From assembly GCA_910578245.1 (NCBI GenBank), contig CAJTPC010000005.1, positions 2,850 through 66,849 on the forward strand: DNA of 64,000 nt. Direction: 5' to 3'. Made by a program: the position numbers and the translations under genes. The notes under the pieces were generated by a model. The model saw nothing but the letters and a program-made list of their open reading frames with translations. It was not told the origin of the DNA and did not search any database. Each line of letters opens with the position of its first letter. The first letter of the stretch is position 1. Below are positions 54,155 to 62,634 of the stretch, piece after piece. Origin of the DNA: an uncultured Christensenella sp. (GTDB lineage Bacteria > Bacillota > Clostridia > Christensenellales > UBA3700).

Positions 54155-55639
54155 CTAATAAAGATCCGACACGTCAACTCCGCCAACGCTGAAATCTCCA
54201 TCTTCCGGAGCATCGGGAATAAACGGCATGTCTATATCGCCCATAGGCTTCATATCGCCATCTCCGCTTTCAGCTTTCTTAGTTGTAGGAGCGAATTTTT
54301 GGGCTATAGTAGGTCTAAATCTCATTTTGCTCTTATCCCACTCAAAATACAAATCGCATATCGAGCCGTTACGGTGCTTGGCTATCATAAGTTTGATAGC
54401 TGTATTGCCTGCGTCAACGTTAAAGTCGCCGTCGGTAAGGAATGCTACTATATCTGCGTCCTGCTCGATTGCTCCCGAATCTCTAAGGTCGGATAGTTTT
54501 GGCTCTTTATCATCTCTCTTCTCAATATCTCTCGACATCTGCGACAGGATAATTACCGGAACTTTAAGTTCTTTTGCAAGTATTTTTATAAAGCGTGAAA
54601 TCTTGCTTACGCTTTCCAACGTACTTCTATTTGAATCGCTTGGCGTAATAAGTTGCAAGTAGTCGATTACAACGAGGTCAAGTCTGCCCTTTTGCATCTT
54701 AAGTCTTCTGCACTTGGACATAATCTGCTCTGTGGTAATACCTGCGGTATCGTCAATGTATATATTGCTCTTTTGCAAAATATCCTGCGCTCCCCAAACT
54801 TTGTCAAGATTGTCTTGATTTTCCAAACCGCCCAAGAGGTCCCTTGAGTCAAGACCAGCGATATTGGAGATAAGTCGCATTACGAGTTCTCCCGCAGACA
54901 TTTCAAGGTTGAATACGGCGACAACTTCTTCGCTGTCTTTTTTGCTTGCAAGATTGGCAACCATACTCATAACGAAAGACGTCTTACCGCAACCCGGACG
55001 AGCCGCAAGTACTATCATTTGCCCCGGTAAGAAACCGTTGGTAGCTTCGTCCAAATTTCTAAAGCCGACTTTTAATCCGCCCTCACTGCCGTTCTCTTGA
55101 TACGCCTTAGATATTCTCTCCATTACTTCAACCGTAGTATTGGATACGTGCAGTAGCGATGATGAGTCTTTCTTCTCCGCCACGTTGTATATCTGCGACT
55201 CGGCGTATGCTACGACCTTTTCCGCGTCCTCTTCTACGTAACTCTTGTCAATAACCCCGCGACACTCTCTTATAAGACGTCTGCGTAAAGAGTTCATATT
55301 TAGTATATTGACGTAATAATCTATATTTGCCGTAGACGGTATACTGTCAACCATCTCTGCAAGCGTGGTAACTCCGCCGATTTGCGCCAGCAAACCTTCT
55401 CTGTCTAGCGAGCTTGCAAGCATAACTATATCTATAGGCTTATTTTCCCTGCTCAGTTTTTGTATCTGCTCAAAGATTATCCTGTGATTTTGCGCATAAA
55501 AATCATCGACAACCAAGTCGCTTACTATCCTTATAGCTACTTCGTTGTCGCTTATGATTGCGCCAAGTACCGCTTGCTCGGCTTCCATTGAGCAAGGCAT
55601 ACTCCTATTTATATTATTTTGTCTTTTTTCTTCTGCCAT
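54155..55639 (-). CDS. dnaB: Replicative DNA helicase DnaB with an acidic C-terminal extension
   Basis: 494 aa with an N-terminal domain (PCSMEAEQAVLGAII), Walker A ARPGCGKTSF, and IIDYLQL. About 50 extra C-terminal residues are rich in D/G/P. Confidence 0.93.
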   Translation of the reverse strand: MAEEKRQNNINRSMPCSMEAEQAVLGAIISDNEVAIRIVSDLVVDDFYAQNHRIIFEQIQKLSRENKPIDIVMLASSLDREGLLAQIGGVTTLAEMVDSIPSTANIDYYVNILNMNSLRRRLIRECRGVIDKSYVEEDAEKVVAYAESQIYNVAEKKDSSSLLHVSNTTVEVMERISKAYQENGSEGGLKVGFRNLDEATNGFLPGQMIVLAARPGCGKTSFVMSMVANLASKKDSEEVVAVFNLEMSAGELVMRLISNIAGLDSRDLLGGLENQDNLDKVWGAQDILQKSNIYIDDTAGITTEQIMSKCRRLKMQKGRLDLVVIDYLQLITPSDSNRSTLESVSKISRFIKILAKELKVPVIILSQMSRDIEKRDDKEPKLSDLRDSGAIEQDADIVAFLTDGDFNVDAGNTAIKLMIAKHRNGSICDLYFEWDKSKMRFRPTIAQKFAPTTKKAESGDGDMKPMGDIDMPFIPDAPEDGDFSVGGVDVSDLY

Positions 55640-55794
55640 ATTTGTCTCCGCTTCTATAATAATATAAAAATCACAATTTAGTCAAGTATATTAAATATAC
55701 GTATAAACGCTTCGGTCGAAATGACAGATTTTCAAGGAATATAAAATTATCCACACGAAAGCGCGGAGATTGGTGTAATTTTCGCGCTTTCTTT

Positions 55795-57576
55795 TCACAT
55801 TTTTTCCAACTCTACTATCGTATCCTTAAAAATCGCCATAGCCTGCTCATACGGCTCGTCTGTCGTCAAATCAACGCCTGCCAACTTGAGTATTTCGACA
55901 GGCGACATACTTCCGCCTGCCTTAAGGAATTTCTTGTAATCGGATACGGCGCGCTCCCCATTTTTGAGAATATTGTCGGCAATGCAAAATGCGCTGATAA
56001 GTCCCGTAGAATATTTATAGACGTAAAAAGCATTGTAAAAATGCGGTATTCTTGCCCATTCATATTGAATCAAATCATGATTGGTTACGCCTGTGGTCAC
56101 ATAATACTTTCTATTGAGCTTGCGATATACTTCGCATAATTCACCGGCGCTCATCGGCTTGCCTTCTTCTGCCATTTTGTGCGCTTCATACTCAAATTCC
56201 GCAAATTGCGTCTGACGGAATACCGTCGTGCGGAACATATCCAAAAGATATGACAAAAGATATTTCTTTTGCTCGCCCTCAGCTTTAGATAGCAAATGTC
56301 TGAGAAGCAACACTTCATTTACAGTAGACGCTACTTCTGCTACAAAAATCTTGTAGTCTGCCTTTGGATAGGCTTGATTAGCATTGGAATAATACGTGTG
56401 CATCGCGTGTCCAAGTTCATGAGCAATAGTGAATACATCGTGCGTAGTCTTTTGATAATTTAGCAATACGTACGGATGAGTTCCGTAACAGCCCCAACTG
56501 TACGCTCCGCTTCTCTTGCCTTTATTCTCATACACGTCAATCCAACCCTCGTTGAAGGCTTTCTCTAATAATCCTGCATACTCCTCGCCAAGTGGCTTTA
56601 ACGCCTCTTTGACAATCTTGCAAGCCTCCTCATATTCTACTCCCAAGCTGTCCCCGCCGGTGATAGGCACGTGCAAATCATACATCTGCAAGGTCTTGTA
56701 TCCAAGCGCGCGTCTGCGATAACGCAAGTATCTGTGCAACAGAGGAATATTGTCGTTGATGCAGTCCAAAAGTCTATAATAAACGTCTATGGATACGTCT
56801 TCTCCGCTAGTCGCTCTATCTAGGCAATTCTCATACTTGCGTACTTGAGAATAAAACACGTTCTTTTTCACATTGCCGATATATATAGTAGCAATAGTAT
56901 TAATCATATCTTTGTATGCGTTGAACATACTGTAAAAGGCTTTTTGCCTGTCCTTACGTTCAGGAGATTGCATAAGCGCGCCGTACAGTCCGTGAGAAAG
57001 CTCGACCTTTTCACCGCTAGACGTTGTGAAAGGAGCAAACTTGACGTCTAGATTGTCAAACATACCAAAGGCTTCTTGGAATATGCCGCTAAACAATCCC
57101 GTCTTGGCAAGCAAGACTTCTTCCGGCGTAGACAAAGTATGCTTTTTGTTTTTAACAATAAGCTCCAACATATAGGAATAATCTTCAAAGTCTTTGTCTT
57201 TTGCAAGCTCTTGCAAAAACTCTTCGCTGTTTGCCGACAACTCAGGCGTAATATAAGCCGACTTCTCCGATATGCCTACAAGCAAATTCTTAATTCTATC
57301 GACCATACCTACGTATTTATTGACTGAGCAATCCTCGTCTTTGCGCATCTTAGCGTAGACGTACAACTTTTCTAGAATGATGCTTAATTTATCGTCAAAC
57401 CGCAAACACTTCAATATACTGTCTTTGTCATTGAGTTTGCCTTGATACTTGCCTACTTCTTTACCGAGTTCCTCGCAAGATGAATATTGGCTTTCCCACT
57501 CCTCGTCAGAAGGTATAATATCTTCCAATCTCCATTTGTACCTACTGTCAACTCTCTCTCTTGATAATACCCGCAT
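55795..57576 (-). CDS. pepF: Oligoendopeptidase F (M3B)
   Basis: 593 aa with the HELGHAMH zinc motif and the PepF N-terminal region. Confidence 0.92.
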   Translation of the reverse strand: MRVLSRERVDSRYKWRLEDIIPSDEEWESQYSSCEELGKEVGKYQGKLNDKDSILKCLRFDDKLSIILEKLYVYAKMRKDEDCSVNKYVGMVDRIKNLLVGISEKSAYITPELSANSEEFLQELAKDKDFEDYSYMLELIVKNKKHTLSTPEEVLLAKTGLFSGIFQEAFGMFDNLDVKFAPFTTSSGEKVELSHGLYGALMQSPERKDRQKAFYSMFNAYKDMINTIATIYIGNVKKNVFYSQVRKYENCLDRATSGEDVSIDVYYRLLDCINDNIPLLHRYLRYRRRALGYKTLQMYDLHVPITGGDSLGVEYEEACKIVKEALKPLGEEYAGLLEKAFNEGWIDVYENKGKRSGAYSWGCYGTHPYVLLNYQKTTHDVFTIAHELGHAMHTYYSNANQAYPKADYKIFVAEVASTVNEVLLLRHLLSKAEGEQKKYLLSYLLDMFRTTVFRQTQFAEFEYEAHKMAEEGKPMSAGELCEVYRKLNRKYYVTTGVTNHDLIQYEWARIPHFYNAFYVYKYSTGLISAFCIADNILKNGERAVSDYKKFLKAGGSMSPVEILKLAGVDLTTDEPYEQAMAIFKDTIVELEKM

Positions 57577-57674
57577 AAGTCCTCCGAATATAGCTAAAAT
57601 CTTTTACTATTTAATTATATACCTAAAATACGAGATTTCAAAATCTTTTACGTAAATTAGATTTAGATATTTCT

Positions 57675-57810
57675 GTCACCTTGACTGTAGCGGAGAGGTC
57701 ACTATCCGTATAAAAACAAATTACCTCACACCCATTAGATGTGAGGTTTTAGTAAAATTGCAGAATTTCTCCGCGCCACTTCGATTTAATCGAAATGACG
57801 GCTGAAAAGT
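57675..57810. repeat. Mosaic of family 1/2 repeat modules
   Basis: GTCACCTTGACTGTAGCGGAGAGGTCAC (V module), AAAATTGCAGAATTTCTCC, and CGATTTAATCGAAATGAC (U-like). Confidence 0.6.
57712..57747 (-). terminator. Intrinsic terminator downstream of the PTS-EIIC-like gene
   Basis: ACCUCACA-N9-UGUGAGGU with U-rich flanks on both strands. It lies about 200 nt after the stop. Confidence 0.55.
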
Positions 57811-57946
57811 TGTTCTCGACTGCGGTGATTAGTTCTATTTTAGCGTAGGCTAAAGCGAGACGAAGTCGTATGCGCTCTCATCGTACACGTTGACTCTTGA
57901 ATCCAGACGCCTGCGTAAAAAGAGAGTTGATATACGTAACCGGTTA

Positions 57947-59201
57947 TTACTCGGGTAACTTTAGATCTCCCTCCTTAATCCAGCCGACTTTCCTAAACAA
58001 CAGACAGAACGCCCAACTCAATACTGCCGGAAGCGCTATCATAAGCAAGATTACACCGATAATTATAAGAGCAAGATTGCCACCTTGCGATTTGTATGCC
58101 GTAAAAATCTCTATAATACCAACAAATCCGCAAGTACCCATTCCGCCGCCCGACGCTCCGCACATCAATTTGAAAGCGCACGTTGAAAGCGGTCCGCATA
58201 TTGCGCTCGCAATTATCGGCGGTAACATTATACGCGGATTTCTCATTACGTTGGGAATCTGCAACATCGATGTGCCTATACCTTGCGATATAAGTCCTCC
58301 CCAGCCGTTTTCCTTAAAACTCATTACGGCAAAGCCAACCATTTGACATGCGCAACCGACCGTTGCCGCGCCGCCTGCAATATACATAGCGTATATCTGC
58401 TCCGACGTAGCAGTATCGCCGGTTAGAATCGGCGATGCAATAGCTACCCAAATTGGCCGCGCTTGACGTAGGCAACGTCAAAAGAATACCCATAATTACC
58501 GCAACTACTATGCCCATAAAGAACGGCGTTATGTTGGTCGCAACGGCAATGCCTTTGCCTAACATATTGACAAGCCATATAAAAGGCCACGACACGAATG
58601 CGCCAAATATAGCAACTAAAAGCGATACGAGCGGTACGATTATTATATCGAGTTTTGTCTTGCCGGCGACAAGTCCGCTTATCTCGCAAGCCATCAACGC
58701 TGTGACGTACGCGCCTATAGGATTACCGGGACGGGTGGCGTTGCCTGCAAAAATCTTGCCTGCCAAAGCGCTAACTGCGTTAGCGTCCCAACCTGCGGTA
58801 ATAAACGTGTCCGCCCATGCGCCTACGAAACCCGCAACTATTGCGCTGAATATTACGAGAGGCGGCATCTTGAGTTTGTGCGCAATACCTGCGCCGATAC
58901 CTGCGCCCATAAGAAGCGACGCGATTTTACCTGCTATGACAAGTAGTCTGCCGACCGCATTCTTCTCCGTAAATACGTACTGACCGAGCGTGGTAAAAAT
59001 CGTACCTATAATCAAGGTGACGAATAGTCCCTGCGCCATGCCTGTGAAGGCGTCAATAAACCATCTCTTTGAAATTTTTTTGGTAAATGTCCAAAACTTG
59101 TTTTGATTTTTCCCGTCTGGGCTTTGTGGGGATTTTGAAACTACTTCTTCCACTTGGGCTTTCTGCTCTTCTTCGGCAGTGATAATAGGCTTTTCGTCCA
59201 T
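57947..59201 (-). pseudogene. PTS EIIC-like membrane protein (PTS_EIIC_2-type) interrupted by a 1-nt frameshift
   Basis: Track ORFs 58314-59201 and 57947-58387 are the two halves. Homology-like sequence continues ...LTLPTSSAA | IWVAIASPILTGDTATSEQIYAMYIAGGAATVGC... only after a frame change near 58455-58458. Confidence 0.7.
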
Positions 59202-59313
59202 ATCTAAGCTCCCAATGTGTATATTTATATTGGTATTATTATAGTAATTAAAAATTATTATGTCAAATATAATCGTTAAGTTTTTAACACAAATAAATTA
59301 CATTATTATTCTA

Positions 59314-59688
59314 TTATTTTAATTTGTTGAGATATTCGATTAGTTTTCCCGTAGTTTCTTCGCTTATGTCGTGTTCTATCTTGCAAGCGTCCTTTTCCGC
59401 CGTTTCTGCGCTCACTCCCAATACGTCGGTGAGAAGTTTTGTCAACGCAACGTGTTTTTCGGCAATAATCTTAGCCTTTCTTCTGCCCTCTTGAGTTATC
59501 GTCACTTCTCCGTAATTAGGCTTGCTTACATACCCCATTTCTTGAAGAATAGTCAAAGCCTTGTTTACGCTTGGCTTTGATACGCCCAAAGCATTTGCAA
59601 TGTCGACCGACTTAACTCTGCCTTTCTGCTCTTCGATAAATAATATCGTCTCTAAATAATCTTCTCCGCTCTTATGTAGTTGACTCAT
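59314..59688 (-). CDS. DtxR/MntR-family metal-dependent transcriptional repressor
   Basis: 124 aa with an SGEDYLETILFIEEQKG..VKSVDIANALGVSKPSVNKAL HTH and a dimerisation region. No SH3-like domain. Confidence 0.85.
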   Translation of the reverse strand: MSQLHKSGEDYLETILFIEEQKGRVKSVDIANALGVSKPSVNKALTILQEMGYVSKPNYGEVTITQEGRRKAKIIAEKHVALTKLLTDVLGVSAETAEKDACKIEHDISEETTGKLIEYLNKLK

Positions 59689-60683
59689 TTCTCTCCCTTT
59701 TTATCGGTCTTGGCTTTTTTTGGCGATACGCGTTTGACCTTTTTAGTATTAGATTTAGGTTTTTTAGATTTCTTAACTTTCTCGTCTATCGGGAGTTTCT
59801 CAACTTCAGGTTGATAATCGTTCTCAAACCTATCGGTAATATCGACATTCTCCACAAGATATTCTTCAAATTCTGCGTCTTTTTGCATAGCCTCTTCTTT
59901 CGTCAAGGTCATAGCTTCCATAGTACGTAAAAATCTATCTTTTGCCTTGCCCAACTTATCTCCGATAGTTTTTCTCTTGCCTACTTCGGTATTAGGTCTG
60001 ACTCGCGCTGTCGCAATATAGTTACTCATTATGTTGCCCACATACTGTTTGACGCTCCTATTGAGTTTCCTGCCCCATATCCAAGTAGCCACGGATATAA
60101 AAATTTGTATAACGGTGACAAACATTGCCAACAAGGAAATGACAAACATAAACTTATCGCTGAACGAAGCAAGTTTTGCGGATTTTACCAAGACCGTCAA
60201 CGTTAAGCCCACGCTTATGAGTTTAATAAGCCGTCTTGCCATAACAAAACCTTTTTTGAAAAACTTGAAAGTCTTTTTATGTTTTGGCGAATACCTTATA
60301 AAGGTAATCATAAAGACTATCAAATACAATGCAAGGAATATCAAGAGAGTAATAGTATACCAATCGAAAATTGCTTTGCTTATCTCTCCCCACTTTGTAG
60401 CGTCCATGGTAAAATTCGTCAAATCCGAGAAGGAGTTAACTCCTTGACTTTTGAAGTATTTTACGCAATTAGAAACTATTCTAACCATACAGTTAAAATA
60501 GTAAATAAAGAACATAAACAGCGAGAAGAACTTATAAATTCTTGCCGAAAACTTCTTGCCGTATTTTTTGTTCTCTCTTGGCGCTCTTTTATTAGACGAA
60601 TTGTCCGGTTCTTCTTGATTTATATCTTCGTTGCAGACTATAACATCGTCTTCATGGATATTTTCGTTTGCATTAAATTCCAT
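59685..60683 (-). CDS. Hypothetical membrane protein with a Lys-rich C-terminal tail
   Basis: 332 aa with about 4 TM segments. The C-terminus is KKSKKPKSNTKKVKRVSPKKAKTDKKGEK. Its stop overlaps the repressor start by 4 nt. Confidence 0.55.
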   Translation of the reverse strand: MEFNANENIHEDDVIVCNEDINQEEPDNSSNKRAPRENKKYGKKFSARIYKFFSLFMFFIYYFNCMVRIVSNCVKYFKSQGVNSFSDLTNFTMDATKWGEISKAIFDWYTITLLIFLALYLIVFMITFIRYSPKHKKTFKFFKKGFVMARRLIKLISVGLTLTVLVKSAKLASFSDKFMFVISLLAMFVTVIQIFISVATWIWGRKLNRSVKQYVGNIMSNYIATARVRPNTEVGKRKTIGDKLGKAKDRFLRTMEAMTLTKEEAMQKDAEFEEYLVENVDITDRFENDYQPEVEKLPIDEKVKKSKKPKSNTKKVKRVSPKKAKTDKKGEK

Positions 60684-60877
60684 GATATCATTATACCATA
60701 AAAAATAAGTTTGTCCATACCTTTAATATTTTTTTTACAAAGTCCTTAAAAGTTTTTGCAAATTTTATAAAATTTTTGATTTGTATATACGCGCAAGTAT
60801 AACTCTTCATAGAATGTGAATACTCAAAATACCGGACGCAACAAGCGACTGGAAACAAAATTATCCGGAGGTGCGAT

Positions 60878-61030
60878 ATGTCAAGAGTAGCTAAAATAAA
60901 TACTGGCGAAAAACCCGGCAAGGGTTGTTATAGCTGTACTAATTGCGGTTTTGATCTCAGACTTGATGCCGGCGATAAAATGCCGCCATGTCCCAACTGC
61001 AACAACACTTCTTTTACTAAGTGCAACTAA
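60878..61030 (+). CDS. Zinc-ribbon small protein (not in ORF track, 50 aa)
   Basis: GGAGGTG SD 5 nt upstream. The sequence is MSRVAKINTGEKPGKGCYSCTNCGFDLRLDAGDKMPPCPNCNNTSFTKCN, with two CxxC pairs. A hairpin follows at 61037-61063. Confidence 0.65.
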   Translation: MSRVAKINTGEKPGKGCYSCTNCGFDLRLDAGDKMPPCPNCNNTSFTKCN

Positions 61031-61036
61031 TTCGGG

Positions 61037-61063
61037 ACTAAGTTTGCCTTTCGGCAGACTTAG
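61037..61063. terminator. Hairpin between convergent genes
   Basis: ACTAAGTTTGCC-TTTC-GGCAGACTTAGT with weak U-tracts. Confidence 0.45.
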
Positions 61064-61070
61064 TACATAA

Positions 61071-62225
61071 CTATATAAAATCCACTATAATTCCATTCAT
61101 AAGATGTAAAAATTCATATTTAATAGATACGTAATTTGGAGTAATTTCAAGATAGTTTCTATTCTTTTTTATTGCTTGAGAATACTTGTTCAAAAAGTCA
61201 TATCCGAATCTTTGAAAAAATTCCGCTAAATCAACGCCTTTTTGCAATCTTAAAGACAGCATTATATATTCGCTCTCAACATCTTCTTTGCTTAGCTTTT
61301 GTAAATCGCGACGGTAGTTCCCGTCATCTATTTCTTGATAATACTCCTCGAAGTTATCTGAGTTGCGCCATCTCTCGTTGTTAATCAAAGAATGAGCGCC
61401 CATTCCCAGCCCAAGATAATCCAAGTGTTGCCAATACCGCAAATTATGATGCGACACCTTTTGATTTTTGCAGAAATTTGAAATTTCATAACGCTGAAAA
61501 TTATATTCTTTTAGACAAAGACAAGCGTATTCATAAAGCTGAGCAAGTTCGTCGTCGCTCTTTTCAATAAGTTTGCCTTGCTCAATAAGACTTTTCAACT
61601 TCGTTCCGTCTTCTACGCTCAACATATATACCGATACGTGCTCAACGCTCAACTTCTCCGCTCTGTCTATAAAGTCTTTGACATCGTCTTTAGTTTGATT
61701 AGGCAATCCAATCATAGCGTCAATACTTACGTCAAATCCAAGTTCTTTGGCAAGTTTGACAGCGTATTCGGCTTGTTTTGCATTATGACGTCTACCCAAC
61801 ATTTTCAGTAGGTTATCGTTGAAACTCTGTACGCCAAAACTCAATCTGTTGACGCCTATTTTCTTAAGCGCAACAAGTTTTTCTCTGTCCACTGCGCAAG
61901 GATTTGCCTCGATAGAAAATTCTTTGAGATTGCAATTAAAACCGCCAAAAACCTCTTCGCCTATAGCTTTTAACTGATCTATATCAAGCAAAGTCGGCGT
62001 TCCTCCGCCAATGTATACAGTATCGACTATATAGTCTTTTGAATACTCTACGCTTGCCAACCCTATCTGTTTGCAAAGATAACTGACGTACTTTTCTCTC
62101 TGTCCGCAATCGTCAACAGAGGATATAAAGTCGCAATATATACACCGCGACTTGCAAAATGGTATATGTATATATATTCCTAAACTTTTATTTTGTGATA
62201 CGTAGTTATCAATTATAGTTGACAT
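61071..62225 (-). CDS. hemW: Radical SAM heme chaperone HemW
   Basis: IYIHIPFCKSRCIYCDF and GGGTPT. It follows lepA as in Bacillus. Start set at ATG 62225, because the track TTG start at 62264 lies inside the tandem repeat. Confidence 0.88.
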   Translation of the reverse strand: MSTIIDNYVSQNKSLGIYIHIPFCKSRCIYCDFISSVDDCGQREKYVSYLCKQIGLASVEYSKDYIVDTVYIGGGTPTLLDIDQLKAIGEEVFGGFNCNLKEFSIEANPCAVDREKLVALKKIGVNRLSFGVQSFNDNLLKMLGRRHNAKQAEYAVKLAKELGFDVSIDAMIGLPNQTKDDVKDFIDRAEKLSVEHVSVYMLSVEDGTKLKSLIEQGKLIEKSDDELAQLYEYACLCLKEYNFQRYEISNFCKNQKVSHHNLRYWQHLDYLGLGMGAHSLINNERWRNSDNFEEYYQEIDDGNYRRDLQKLSKEDVESEYIMLSLRLQKGVDLAEFFQRFGYDFLNKYSQAIKKNRNYLEITPNYVSIKYEFLHLMNGIIVDFI

Positions 62226-62241
62226 ATTTTTTAGTTTCTTT

Positions 62242-62632
62242 AGCCAAAGACCAAATTCGCTCAAAGTTTCATTTTAGAAATGCCTAGCCTCTCTTTATGC
62301 CATATAGTTTGGTGGGAAGGGAGATAGGAATTCAATAAAATTGCAGATTTTTTGTCAAGATGGTTCTTGGCGAGAGCAGTCGTACTTGCCGTACGTCAGC
62401 TTGAGTCAGAGGCTAAATTTGCTCAAAAGCTACTTATTAGAAATGCTTAGCCTCCCTTTGCGCCATACAGTTCAGTGGGAAGGGAGATAGGCATTCAATA
62501 AAATGCAGATTTTTTGTCAAGATAGTTTTTGGCGAGAGCAGTCGTACTTGCTGTACGTCGGCTTGAGCCAAAGGCTAGATTGGCGGAAAAGATGCTTTTT
62601 AGAAATGCCTAGGATCCCTTTCCACTGAACTT
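62242..62632 (-). repeat. Tandem array of repeat family 2 (about 162-bp period, about 2.4 copies)
   Basis: TTAGAAATGC(C/T)TAG recurs at 62274, 62437 and 62599. Units align along their whole length with scattered substitutions and fill the entire lepA-hemW spacer. Confidence 0.85.
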
Positions 62633-62634
62633 AA

